Shown: piece after piece, positions 50,843-60,577 of the stretch
Layout of the letters: the number at the start of each line of letters is the position of its first letter
How positions within the stretch are numbered: position 1 is the first letter of the stretch
From: an uncultured Verrucomicrobiae bacterium
GTDB lineage: Bacteria; Verrucomicrobiota; Verrucomicrobiia; Chthoniobacterales; JAATET01
Reading direction: 5' to 3'
Length of the DNA: 64,000 nt
Assembly (NCBI GenBank): GCA_963749035.1
Contig: CAVVKW010000001.1
Span: forward strand, 142,128 to 206,127
Notes under the pieces: model-generated
Databases searched by the model: none
Told to the model about the DNA's origin: nothing
Seen by the model: only the letters and a program-made list of their open reading frames with translations
Program-made: the position numbers and the translations under genes

Positions 50843-52930
50843 ATGTTACCCAAAAGGGCTACTCCAATCCAATTTCCCGAAATGTCTGACAACGATCCCC
50901 GCGCCCCGAAAGAAAAGGGGCAGCGCCCTAACGGGAACGACCCCCAGTTTAACTGGCGCGGGCTCGTTCTCCTCGCCGTTGCCTTCGCCCTCATCGGCGG
51001 CGCGTTTCTCTTCCGTGGCAACGCTCTCCTCCAAGTCGATCAGCTGAGTTACCCTCAGTTCGAAGCACTCGTCAGCGACGAAAAGGTCATCGCGACCACC
51101 GAAAAACCGCTCGAACTCGTCGTCGAACAAAATTCGAAGACCGAATACCTCACCGGCACCTACAACAAGCAAGCCGCCGACGGCACCGAGGTTGCCACGC
51201 CCTTCCGCGTGGACGTTTTCACCGAATTCAACGGCACCGCAATTCGCGACGCCCTCTCCGCCGCCAACCTTCCCGTCGACGTCCGTCCGGAATCCAATCT
51301 CTGGGCGTCCACTCTCATCGGCCTCCTGCCGATCGCGATCTTCTTGCTCGTTCTCTACTTCTTCTTCCGCTCGCAGATCAAAATGGCCGGAAAGGGCGCG
51401 ATGAGTTTCGGCAAATCCAAGGCCAAGATGATGGCCCGCGAAAAGAACAAGATCACCTTCAAAGACGTCGCCGGCGTCGAGGAAGCGAAGGACGAAGTCT
51501 CCGAACTCGTCGAGTTCCTCAAGGACCCGAAGAAATTCCAAAAGCTCGGTGGCCGCATCCCCAAAGGCGTCCTCATGGTCGGGCCTCCCGGCACCGGCAA
51601 GACTTTGATCGCCCGGGCCATCGCCGGCGAAGCCGACGTTCCGTTCTTCAGCATCTCGGGCTCCGACTTTGTCGAAATGTTCGTTGGCGTCGGCGCGTCC
51701 CGCGTGCGTGACATGTTCGAACAGGGCAAAAAGTCCGCCCCGTGTCTCATCTTTATTGACGAAATCGACGCCGTCGGACGCCACCGCGGTCACGGCATGG
51801 GCGGTGGTCACGACGAACGTGAGCAGACCCTTAATCAGCTTCTCGTCGAGATGGACGGCTTCGACACGCAGGACGGCGTCATCATCATCGCCGCGACCAA
51901 CCGGGCCGACGTCCTCGATCCCGCCCTGCTCCGGCCGGGTCGCTTCGACCGTCAGGTCAACGTCGGCCTCCCCGACGTTAAGGGCCGCGAAGAAATCCTC
52001 CGCGTTCATTCCAAGAAGGTGAAGCTCGCCGAGGGCGTCGACATGTCGACCATCGCCAAGGGCACCCCCGGCTACTCCGGTGCGGAACTCGCCAACGTCA
52101 TCAACGAAGCCGCCCTTCTCGCGGCTCGCAATGGCCTCAAGGCCATCGGCCAACACGAGCTCGAAGAAGCCCGCGACAAAGTCCGCTGGGGTAAGGAACG
52201 CCGCAGCATGGCCATGAGTCCCCGCGAGAAGGAAACCACCGCCTTCCACGAGGCCGGTCACGCCATTCTCAACCTCCTCTGCGAGCACAGCGACCCGCTT
52301 CACAAAGTCTCCATCATCCCCCGCGGCCCCGCCCTCGGCGTCACGATGTATCTTCCGGAAGGTGATCGCTACACGAACCACCGACTCGAGCTCGCCGACC
52401 GCCTCGTCATGATCATGGGAGGACGGGTCGCCGAGGAAATCGCCTTCGGAGACATCACCAACGGAGCGTCCGGCGACATCCGGCAAGCGACCCAGATCGC
52501 CCGCAGCATGGTCTGCCACTGGGGAATGTCCGATAAGCTCGGCATGATCGAATACGGCTCGCACGAAGACCACGTCTTCCTCGCCCGCGACATGTCCTCC
52601 AGCGGTCGCGACTACTCCGAGGAAACCGCCCGCACCATCGACGCCGAGGTGATGCGCATCATCAGCGAGGCTTACGATCGCGCGACTGCCCTTCTCACGG
52701 AACATCGGGACAAGCTCGACCTCATCGCCAACGCGCTGCTCGAATACGAGACGCTCGATGGCAAACAGGTCCGGGAATTGATGGAAACCGGCAAGATGAG
52801 TAATCCTCCCGTGATGGAGGTCAAACCACCGCCGCTTCCGCCGCCACCCAACGCCACTCCCGCCCCCGAGCCGAAAGGAAAAAAGGGAGACGACCTGCCT
52901 CCCGGCAGCCTGGCACCCGCACCGGCCTAG
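50843..52930 (+). CDS. ftsH: ATP-dependent zinc metalloprotease FtsH
   Basis: Walker [13 protein letters not shown] region, zinc motif HEAGHA. Alternative start at ATG 50882. Confidence 0.96.
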   Translation: MLPKRATPIQFPEMSDNDPRAPKEKGQRPNGNDPQFNWRGLVLLAVAFALIGGAFLFRGNALLQVDQLSYPQFEALVSDEKVIATTEKPLELVVEQNSKTEYLTGTYNKQAADGTEVATPFRVDVFTEFNGTAIRDALSAANLPVDVRPESNLWASTLIGLLPIAIFLLVLYFFFRSQIKMAGKGAMSFGKSKAKMMAREKNKITFKDVAGVEEAKDEVSELVEFLKDPKKFQKLGGRIPKGVLMVGPPGTGKTLIARAIAGEADVPFFSISGSDFVEMFVGVGASRVRDMFEQGKKSAPCLIFIDEIDAVGRHRGHGMGGGHDEREQTLNQLLVEMDGFDTQDGVIIIAATNRADVLDPALLRPGRFDRQVNVGLPDVKGREEILRVHSKKVKLAEGVDMSTIAKGTPGYSGAELANVINEAALLAARNGLKAIGQHELEEARDKVRWGKERRSMAMSPREKETTAFHEAGHAILNLLCEHSDPLHKVSIIPRGPALGVTMYLPEGDRYTNHRLELADRLVMIMGGRVAEEIAFGDITNGASGDIRQATQIARSMVCHWGMSDKLGMIEYGSHEDHVFLARDMSSSGRDYSEETARTIDAEVMRIISEAYDRATALLTEHRDKLDLIANALLEYETLDGKQVRELMETGKMSNPPVMEVKPPPLPPPPNATPAPEPKGKKGDDLPPGSLAPAPA

Positions 52931-52962
52931 GTCTGCTCCTCGTCGAGATCGATTGCAAGCGA

Positions 52963-53409
52963 TTGACAGCTTCCCACCGATTCGTTACGAACAGCTCCGC
53001 TGTGGCCACTGCACTTAACCGATTCGTCGCTCTGCTCGCCAAACCCGCTCTGTGCGTCGCGGTGTTTGGCCTGATTGGCGGGCATCTCGCCGCGTTTCAG
53101 ACCGTCGCCTGGGCGAAGATGATTCGCGACTACTCGGCCGCCGAAGGCTCCGTTGTCGCCGGGGTCGTCAAGACGTTTAGCGGAGAAGCACCCTGCGATT
53201 TGTGCGAAAGAGTCGAGAAGGCCCGCTCTTCCGAGAGCCAAACTCCGCCGGCACTGACGGCAAACACGAAAATCGACGGCCTCCCCGCCGTTCTCACCGG
53301 CTACCTCCGGCCGCCGACTCCGCGACCCCACCAATTTTTCACTCCGGCGCACCTTGCGCCACCCCTCCGCTCCTCCGCCCCCCCTGAGCCGGTCCCGATC
53401 GTCGCCTGA
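52963..53409 (+). CDS. Hypothetical membrane protein with Cys pair (APCDLCE)
   Basis: One TM helix (ALCVAVFGLIGGHLAAFQTVAW) and a Pro-rich tail. First gene of a co-oriented cluster. Confidence 0.45.
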   Translation: MTASHRFVTNSSAVATALNRFVALLAKPALCVAVFGLIGGHLAAFQTVAWAKMIRDYSAAEGSVVAGVVKTFSGEAPCDLCERVEKARSSESQTPPALTANTKIDGLPAVLTGYLRPPTPRPHQFFTPAHLAPPLRSSAPPEPVPIVA

Positions 53410-53541
53410 TCCTCAGTTACGCAAACTGCGCCCGCGCGTTCCCAGCGAACTCGCGGCTTGAGAATCGTTCGACAGGACCCGCCCGGCACCTTCGGAAGCT
53501 GACCAATTCGCTTCCTTCGTCGGGCACTACTTGGAGCAAAC

Positions 53542-54204
53542 ATGCCCAGCAAAGACATCGGCGCCCGCGCCTTCACGCTCATCGAGACGATCGTCGTCGT
53601 GGCCATCATTGGCATCACGACCGCGCTCGCGACGGCGGCTTGGCAACACACGCAAACCGCCGCTCAAGCAACCCAATGCCTCGCCAACCTGCGAAGTATC
53701 GGGGTGGCCGCGGCGAACTTCAGCGTTGAGCACGACGGGCTTTTGCCGCCATCGACCCATCAGGGTCCCGCGGAAGCCTGGCAATACGTCCTCCGTCCCT
53801 ACCTCGAAGGTCGGGACAAAGACGTCTTCAAGTCCCCGCTCGCTCCCAATCCGCGGCAGAGCTTCAGCTACGCCATCAACGATTTCCTCACCCGGAACCC
53901 CTACGGCGCTCCGGGCCTCAACATGGCGCGCCGCCAGAACGTTGGCACCCCGTCACAAACTCTCTTCTTCACCCTCATGACCGCTGCCTACGGGCCGAGC
54001 GATCATTTCCACTTCGCCAGCGCCGAAGACGGCGGCTACTCGCCGTCCGGATTCCAATGGCAGGTGCAAACCGACGTCGCCAATGGCCGCGGTCACTACC
54101 TCTACGTCGACGGCCACGCTTCGGCCATCCCGTGGGACCAAATCAAAACCGAACTCCGCCGACCCGGGTCCACCTTCATCGATCCGCGCGGCATCGACCA
54201 CTAA
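53542..54204 (+). CDS. Prepilin-type N-terminal methylation-motif protein with DUF1559-like domain (pseudopilin)
   Basis: RAFTLIETIVVVAIIGITTALA is the class III signal / methylation motif. The C-terminal ...HFHFAS...YLYVDGHA resembles the H-X9-DG end of DUF1559. Confidence 0.8.
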   Translation: MPSKDIGARAFTLIETIVVVAIIGITTALATAAWQHTQTAAQATQCLANLRSIGVAAANFSVEHDGLLPPSTHQGPAEAWQYVLRPYLEGRDKDVFKSPLAPNPRQSFSYAINDFLTRNPYGAPGLNMARRQNVGTPSQTLFFTLMTAAYGPSDHFHFASAEDGGYSPSGFQWQVQTDVANGRGHYLYVDGHASAIPWDQIKTELRRPGSTFIDPRGIDH

Positions 54205-54227
54205 CTCACAAACCAACGAACAACCTC

Positions 54228-54932
54228 ATGAAAACATCTACCCTGATCCTCGCTGCCGCCGCGCTGCTCACTCCATTCATCGCGACACCGGCTCAACACA
54301 ACCACGCCTACGCGGGTGACTTCAACGACGACAATTACCTCGATTTCGGAAACAACGCCACGGGTGACGTGATCTCCGACCTCGGCACCCGCACCATGGC
54401 TTATCAGCCCAGCGGTAACAACTACGCCGACGAAGGCTTCGTCTTCAACGGCTCCTGGACCCCCACCGCATCCCACGGCCGCGACAGCTCGATCTCGGAT
54501 CCCAACGGAGCGCTCAGCGGGACGTCGGTCCGCCTGGTTCTCCACGGCGTCGCCGGGCCCACCGGTGCCACCTTCGGGTTCTACGAAACGGGTGCCACCG
54601 ACGTGACCCTCTCGATGATGACCGGGACGACCGGCGGTACCGGTAGCCTCAACCTCACCGATCCGTTGTTCTTTGCTGCCAGCCCGTCCGACCCCTACGG
54701 CCACCTCCACGGTCGTCGCTGGGTCGCCACGGACGAGGGCGATTACACCGTCACCTGGGCCCTCATTAATAACGAGACTGGCGGCACTCTCAGCAGCCTG
54801 GATAACCCAGATTCCAGCCAGCACTTCTTCACCCAGACGTTCACCGCCGTCCCCGAGCCAAGCACCGTCGCTCTCATCACCGTCGCCGCTTCGGTCGGTC
54901 TCTACGCCTTCCGTCGACGCCGTTCGGCGTGA
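54228..54932 (+). CDS. PEP-CTERM sorting-domain secreted protein
   Basis: Signal peptide MKTSTLILAAAALL. C-terminus VPEPSTVALITVAASVGLYAFRRRRSA. Start at ATG 54228 inside ORF 54057..54932. Confidence 0.85.
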   Translation: MKTSTLILAAAALLTPFIATPAQHNHAYAGDFNDDNYLDFGNNATGDVISDLGTRTMAYQPSGNNYADEGFVFNGSWTPTASHGRDSSISDPNGALSGTSVRLVLHGVAGPTGATFGFYETGATDVTLSMMTGTTGGTGSLNLTDPLFFAASPSDPYGHLHGRRWVATDEGDYTVTWALINNETGGTLSSLDNPDSSQHFFTQTFTAVPEPSTVALITVAASVGLYAFRRRRSA

Positions 54933-57253
54933 CTCGCCGCCATTTCACCGCCGCCGCCCTGCTCCTCGCGAGTGGGGCGGCCGGCCTGGCGCACCAGATT
55001 CTTTGGATGCGCGTCATGGTGGACGCGCTCGGCGCCGACGCCGGTACGTTCGCCGTCGTCGCCGGAGCGTTCTTTCTCGGTCTTTCACTCGGAGCCTGGG
55101 CAGCTGACCGTTGGACCCCCCGCCACCCCGCGCTCGGCGTGGCTCTGGCCGAAATCGCTGTCGCCATCCTCTCCATCGGCGCCCTCTTCGTCGCCCGATC
55201 AGATTGGCTGACCGCACTTCCCCCGACCTCCGCCGAGATCGCGAAATCTTTCCTCCCCCTGCTCCTCGTAGGTCTCCCCGCGAGCTCCATGGGACTCGTT
55301 TTCCCTTGGCTCATTCGCGTCATCGGCGCCAGCCCCCGCGCCACGGTCGCCCTCTACGGTGTCAACACGCTTGGCGGCATCGTCGGCATCCTGGCGACCA
55401 CGATCCTCTTCCTCCCGACCCTCGGACTTACGAATGCCGTTCTTTGCGCCGCCGCCGCCAACGGACTTGCGGCCGCCCTCGCTCTGACCCTCCCGTCCTC
55501 CACGACCAACGAGCCCATCGTTCCGAAGGGAGAGAAGTCCCGCCACACGCCCGCACTCGTCGCGTTCGCCTCGGGATTCCTCATTCTCGCTCAGGAAACG
55601 ATCGCCCAGCACCAAGTTGCGCAGGTCACGGTCAACTCCCTTTTCTCCAGTGCCGCCGTCCTGACCGCCGTCCTCGCGGCCCTCGCTCTCGCCACCCTCA
55701 TTCACACCCTCGTTCCGCGACTTTCCCGCCTCGCCCCCGCGCTCTTTCTCGCCGCGCTCGCCTGCGTCGCCCAACCTTTCATCTTCGTCGCGTGGACCGA
55801 CGGTCTGACACCATTCTCCTGGCAGCTCAGCACCGCCGCCTACTACGCGCGCAGCGCCGCATTGCTACTGGTCGGTGTGGCCCCCGTCTTTCTTTGCGTC
55901 GGCCTCGTCTTCCCCGCCACCCTCCGCCTCGTTCCCCCGGCCCGCGTCGGCACCCTGCTCGCGTGGAACGGCCTCGGCGGCTGGCTCGGCGCCGAACTTA
56001 CGAACCGCTTCCTCGCCCCGGCCTTCGGACTCTGGCAGACCATGGCGCTCCTCGCGTGCGCCTACGTCGGACTCTTGGCCCGTCTTCACCCCCGCACCGC
56101 ACTTGCCCTCGTTCCCCTGATCGTCCTCGCGCTTCTTTTCGAAGCCAATCTGCCGGTCGTCGCCCGGGCTCCCGGCGAGGCCGTCCAAAGCGCCATCTTA
56201 GCGCGCGAGGGCCTGGTCGCCTCCGTTCGTCGCTCGTCGGAAGACCATCGCATCCTTTTCAACAACAGCTATTCTCTCGGCGGCTCCCTCGCGCGCCAAA
56301 ACCAGGAGCGCCAAGCCCACCTCCCAATTCTCCTCCATGGAAGCGCCCGCTCCGTTGCGACCCTCGGAGTCGCCACCGGAAGCACCCTCGCCGGAGCCGC
56401 CCAGCACCCGTCCGTCGAACACCTCAAGGCCATCGAACTCAGCCCCGCGGCCGCCCACATTGCGCGAACGCAGTTCGCACCATTCAACGACGACGTCTTC
56501 GCCGACCCCCGCGTCGATCTCACTCTCGGCGACGCCCGCTGGGTCATCGCCCGGCATCCCGCCGAGTATGATGTGATCATTGGCGACCTCTTCCTCCCGT
56601 GGCGCACCGGAGAAGGCCGACTTTTTACCGAGGAACACTTTGAAAACGTCCGCACCGCACTCCGACCCGATGGACTTTACTGCCAATGGTTGCCGCTGTT
56701 CCAACTCACCCGCCCCCAGTTCGAGGTCATTCTCCGGACTTTTCGAGCCGCGTTTCCAAAGGCCTTCCTCATCCGGGGCGACTTTTACGGAAACCAACCG
56801 ATCGTCGGTCTGGTAGGCGGACGCGGATGGGACGACCTCGACTGGCCGCAGATCGAAACCGCCACGCGCGCGCTTGCCCAAAACACCAACGATCCGCTAG
56901 CGACTCACGCCGAGGGCGTCGCCATGCTGCTCCTCGGCCCCGCTCCGGCGCAACCCGGGGGCCCGGTCAACACCCTCGCGAACGCTTGGCTCGAATGGAA
57001 CGCCGGGCGCAACGTCATCGGTCTCGCCGAACCTTGGTTTACCGGGGACTCGTTCACCGACTACGCCGCTGCACTCAGTCGATCGAGCCGCACCGTGCTT
57101 CCAACCCAACTCCAACCCGCTCACGCCGCCGGCGAAACCCTCGCCGTTGATCCGCCCGTTCGCATCGAGGAACTCCTCCCGAACTCCCTGCGTAACGACC
57201 TCCGCGCTGACTGGACCGCTTGGCCCGGTCAACGAAAACCCTACAGCCGCTGA
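54929..57253 (+). CDS. Fused polytopic membrane domain + spermidine/spermine-synthase-like methyltransferase-fold domain
   Basis: About 400 aa of TM helices, then DVIIGDLFLPWRTGEGRLFTEEHFENVRTALRPDGLYCQW (spermidine synthase-like). The GTG start overlaps the upstream stop (GTGA). Confidence 0.8.
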   Translation: MTRRHFTAAALLLASGAAGLAHQILWMRVMVDALGADAGTFAVVAGAFFLGLSLGAWAADRWTPRHPALGVALAEIAVAILSIGALFVARSDWLTALPPTSAEIAKSFLPLLLVGLPASSMGLVFPWLIRVIGASPRATVALYGVNTLGGIVGILATTILFLPTLGLTNAVLCAAAANGLAAALALTLPSSTTNEPIVPKGEKSRHTPALVAFASGFLILAQETIAQHQVAQVTVNSLFSSAAVLTAVLAALALATLIHTLVPRLSRLAPALFLAALACVAQPFIFVAWTDGLTPFSWQLSTAAYYARSAALLLVGVAPVFLCVGLVFPATLRLVPPARVGTLLAWNGLGGWLGAELTNRFLAPAFGLWQTMALLACAYVGLLARLHPRTALALVPLIVLALLFEANLPVVARAPGEAVQSAILAREGLVASVRRSSEDHRILFNNSYSLGGSLARQNQERQAHLPILLHGSARSVATLGVATGSTLAGAAQHPSVEHLKAIELSPAAAHIARTQFAPFNDDVFADPRVDLTLGDARWVIARHPAEYDVIIGDLFLPWRTGEGRLFTEEHFENVRTALRPDGLYCQWLPLFQLTRPQFEVILRTFRAAFPKAFLIRGDFYGNQPIVGLVGGRGWDDLDWPQIETATRALAQNTNDPLATHAEGVAMLLLGPAPAQPGGPVNTLANAWLEWNAGRNVIGLAEPWFTGDSFTDYAAALSRSSRTVLPTQLQPAHAAGETLAVDPPVRIEELLPNSLRNDLRADWTAWPGQRKPYSR

Positions 57254-57332
57254 CCCGAAACACCAATCCACCCAGACGTCGACGTTCGTTTTAATTTGCA
57301 GATCGGACTAAGTTGACTAAGGCTTAACTGGA

Positions 57333-57569
57333 ATGAAATCTGTCGCCACTCACGAAGCCAAGACCCATCTCTCGCGCCTGCTGAGCGAGATTGCCAACGG
57401 AGAAGAATACCTGATCACCCGCGGTCGCACTCCAGTCGCGCGCCTGTCGCCGATCGAGAGACAATCCAACCGCCCGAAGGTCGGTGAGATGATGGACCGC
57501 CCGTGCACCGTCTCGACTGAAGCCCTGCGCCCCCTGACGACCGACGAACTCGCAGCTTGGGGCTTGTGA
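57333..57569 (+). CDS. Phd/YefM-family antitoxin
   Basis: MKSVATHEAKTHLSRLLSEIANGEEYLITRGRTPVARLSP. Confidence 0.88.
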   Translation: MKSVATHEAKTHLSRLLSEIANGEEYLITRGRTPVARLSPIERQSNRPKVGEMMDRPCTVSTEALRPLTTDELAAWGL

Positions 57570-57952
57570 AGATCCTTCTCGACACCTGCACGTTTCTTTG
57601 GCTCGCACTGGAACCGACCCAGATCTCGCCCGCTGCCCGCGAGGTCCTGAACGATGAGAAGAATCGGCTCGCGCTCAGTCAGGTGAGCGTTTGGGAAATC
57701 ACCCTGAAGCACTCCGTCGGGAAACTTCCGCTACCTTTTCCACCCCGCGAATGGATCCCGACCCGTCGGGCCTTCTTCCAGATTCAGCCCGTCCAAACGG
57801 GTGAGTCCGCTGTCTTCCGGAGCGGCGAGCTTCCCCGGATCCACGCAGATCCGTTCGACCGCCTCCTCGCCGCCCACGCCATCGAAGAGAATTTCACGAT
57901 CGTTTCCCCCGACACCCCGCTCTCCCACCTCGGAGCCGCTCGCATCTGGTAA
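57566..57952 (+). CDS. vapC: PIN-domain VapC toxin (free-standing pair)
   Basis: VKILLDTCTFLWL...EITLKHSVGKLPLP...ADPFDRLLAAHA. GTG 57566 overlaps the antitoxin stop (GTGA). Confidence 0.88.
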   Translation: MKILLDTCTFLWLALEPTQISPAAREVLNDEKNRLALSQVSVWEITLKHSVGKLPLPFPPREWIPTRRAFFQIQPVQTGESAVFRSGELPRIHADPFDRLLAAHAIEENFTIVSPDTPLSHLGAARIW

Positions 57953-58004
57953 GTTCATCACCAAAGTGATGACGCCAGAGCAGAATCAACGATCTCTTCC
58001 GGAA

Positions 58005-58625
58005 TCAGGAGCTCTCCAACGTCTCCGTTACCTCGCGGCAGTATTCCTCCACGTCATCCGCCTGCAAAATCCCCGAGACGATCACGACTCGACGTGCGCC
58101 AGCAGCCATCACGTCCGCCAAATTCTCGCGCTTGATCCCGCCGATGCAAAAAACCGGAATCGACACGGCTTCGTGGACCGCGCGCACGTCTTCTAAACCG
58201 ACCGGCTCATAGTCCGGCTTGGTCGGGGTTGCAAACAACGGTCCAAACCCGATGTAGTCCGCGCCCTCCGCTACAGCCAGCTTCGCCTGCTCCAAGCTGT
58301 GCGTTGATTTCCCGATCAGCGCCGCCGTTCCCGCCAGCCGACGAGCTTCCGCCACCGGCAGATCATCCTGCCCGACGTGAGCACCCACTGCACCGGAGGG
58401 TCCCACCATTCCCGGACGGTCGTTAAGAATTAGCGGCACCCTTTCCTCCGCGCACAAGGTTGCCAGGTTCTGCGCGACCTCAAGCATCCGTGAAGCCGAT
58501 GTCTCCTTCGCCCGTAATTGAATCACCCCAACTCCGCCACGGATCATCTCCCGCGACACGCTCACCGCTCGATCCGGCGACACGTATCCCAGATCGACGA
58601 TTCCGTAGAGCCGAGCGTTCTTCAT
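58005..58625 (-). CDS. thiE: Thiamine-phosphate synthase
   Basis: LYGIVD...VIQLRAK...ILNDR...GKSTHS...DYIGFGPLFATPTK. Confidence 0.92.
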   Translation of the reverse strand: MKNARLYGIVDLGYVSPDRAVSVSREMIRGGVGVIQLRAKETSASRMLEVAQNLATLCAEERVPLILNDRPGMVGPSGAVGAHVGQDDLPVAEARRLAGTAALIGKSTHSLEQAKLAVAEGADYIGFGPLFATPTKPDYEPVGLEDVRAVHEAVSIPVFCIGGIKRENLADVMAAGARRVVIVSGILQADDVEEYCREVTETLESS

Positions 58626-58667
58626 CGGCAGACCCTCCGCCAGATCCCTCTAAGGATCAACGCTCGA

Positions 58668-60035
58668 TCAATCCTTCGGAGCGTCGAGGTCGCCTTTGGA
58701 AAGCATCTTCTCGATGAAGCCGGTGTCGTATTTTCCTTCACGAAATGCCGAGTTCCGCATGATCGCCTGCTGGAAAGGGATCGTCGTTTTCACGCCAGTG
58801 ATCATGTATTCGCCAAGCGCTCGGTTCATCCGCGCAATGCACGCTTCTCGAGTCGACGCGATGCAGATCAATTTCGCGATCATCGAATCGTAATTCGGCG
58901 GCACCGGGTAGCCGGCGTAAGCGTGCGAATCGATCCGCACTCCGCGACCGCCCGGCGCGTAGTAGAGATCGATCTCGCCCGGACACGGGCGAAAATTTTG
59001 GAACGGGTCCTCCGCGTTGATCCGGCACTCGATCGCGTGGTGCCGCGGCTTCGCGTTGAGAATGTATTTCGTCAGCTTCTCGCCCGCCGCGACTTGAATC
59101 TGCGCCTTCACGAGATCACAGCCGTAAACCTCCTCCGTGATCGGATGCTCGACCTGGATCCGGGTGTTCATCTCCATGAAATAAAAGTTGTTCTCGTTAT
59201 CGACGAGATACTCGATGGTCCCGGCGTTGAAGTAGCCGACCGAATTCGCGAGTTGCACCGACGCCTCGCCCATCTTCTGCCTCAGTTCCGGTGTCATCAA
59301 CGGAGAAGGGCACTCCTCGACGATCTTCTGATTGCGCCGCTGGATCGAGCAGTCGCGCTCACCGAGGTGCACCATGTTGCCGTGCTCGTCTCCGATGATC
59401 TGGAATTCGATGTGGTGGGGTTCGACGATGAACTTCTCGATGTAAACCGCCGGATTTCCGAAGGCCTTGTCCGCTTCCAAGCGCGCGCTGTGGTAACCCT
59501 GGATCAGACTCGCGTCGTTGGTCGCGATCCGCATCCCCCGGCCACCGCCGCCGGCGACCGCCTTGATCATCACCGGGAAACCGATGCCCCGCGCGACCTT
59601 CAGTGCCGTTTGCTCGTCGTCCACCGTGCCCTCGCTCCCCGGCGAGATCGGCACACCCGCTTTACGGGCACACGCCCGGGCGGAATTTTTATCTCCCATC
59701 AAACGAATCGCATCCGCCGAGGGCCCGATGAACTTGATGTTACAGCTCGCGCAAACGTCGGCGAAGTGCGCGTTTTCAGCCAGAAATCCGTAACCCGGAT
59801 GAATCGCCTCGACGTCCGCGATCTCCGCCGCACTGATGATCCGATCGATCTTCAGGTAGCTCTCTGAACTCGCCGCTCCCCCGATGCAGATCGCTTCGTC
59901 CGCCAATTGGACGTGCAATGAATCGATGTCGGGCTCGGAGTAAACCGCGACCGTCTGAACACCGAGTTCCTTGCAGGCCCGGATGATCCGAAGGGCAATT
60001 TCGCCGCGATTGGCGATGAGAATTTTTTTGAACAT
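58668..60035 (-). CDS. accC: Acetyl-CoA carboxylase biotin carboxylase subunit
   Basis: [25 protein letters not shown]...; ATP-grasp; [14 protein letters not shown]. Confidence 0.97.
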   Translation of the reverse strand: MFKKILIANRGEIALRIIRACKELGVQTVAVYSEPDIDSLHVQLADEAICIGGAASSESYLKIDRIISAAEIADVEAIHPGYGFLAENAHFADVCASCNIKFIGPSADAIRLMGDKNSARACARKAGVPISPGSEGTVDDEQTALKVARGIGFPVMIKAVAGGGGRGMRIATNDASLIQGYHSARLEADKAFGNPAVYIEKFIVEPHHIEFQIIGDEHGNMVHLGERDCSIQRRNQKIVEECPSPLMTPELRQKMGEASVQLANSVGYFNAGTIEYLVDNENNFYFMEMNTRIQVEHPITEEVYGCDLVKAQIQVAAGEKLTKYILNAKPRHHAIECRINAEDPFQNFRPCPGEIDLYYAPGGRGVRIDSHAYAGYPVPPNYDSMIAKLICIASTREACIARMNRALGEYMITGVKTTIPFQQAIMRNSAFREGKYDTGFIEKMLSKGDLDAPKD

Positions 60036-60048
60036 GGGGGCCCTCCGG

Positions 60049-60525
60049 TTATTTCACCCGGAAGAGCGCCTGGCCGTATTGCACCGGCTTTCCGTTGTCC
60101 GCCGCGATCTCTTCGATCGTGCCCGCGCACTCCGCTTTGATCTCGTTCATGACCTTCATCGCCTCGACGATGCACACCACCGTGTCCGGCGTAACGGTCG
60201 ATCCGACCTGCACGTAGGGAGCCGAGTCGGGGGACGGTGAGGCGTAATAAGTGCCGACCATCGGCGACGTGATCTCCTTGAGATCCGAAGCGGGAGCGGC
60301 CGGCGGGGCGGCGTCACCTTTCGGGGTGGCCCCCGCCGCCGGAGCCGCTGGCGTCGGCTGGGGAGCTGGCGAGTAGGAGGCGGGGTGAAACTCTGCGTTG
60401 GTCTGGAGGGTGATCTTGAATCCCTCCTTCTCCATCTTGAAAACGGCCAGGCCGTTTTTCTTCATCAGGTCGATCAACGCACGAATTTCTTTAAGCTCCA
60501 CAGGATACAAGTCGGTTAAGGCCAA
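60049..60525 (-). CDS. accB: Biotin carboxyl carrier protein
   Basis: Pro/Ala linker and biotinylation motif [10 protein letters not shown]. Confidence 0.95.
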   Translation of the reverse strand: MALTDLYPVELKEIRALIDLMKKNGLAVFKMEKEGFKITLQTNAEFHPASYSPAPQPTPAAPAAGATPKGDAAPPAAPASDLKEITSPMVGTYYASPSPDSAPYVQVGSTVTPDTVVCIVEAMKVMNEIKAECAGTIEEIAADNGKPVQYGQALFRVK

Positions 60526-60577
60526 GCATTTTGTCGGCGGTCAACCCGGAGTCAAGGATCAACGCCCCACCCCGCCG

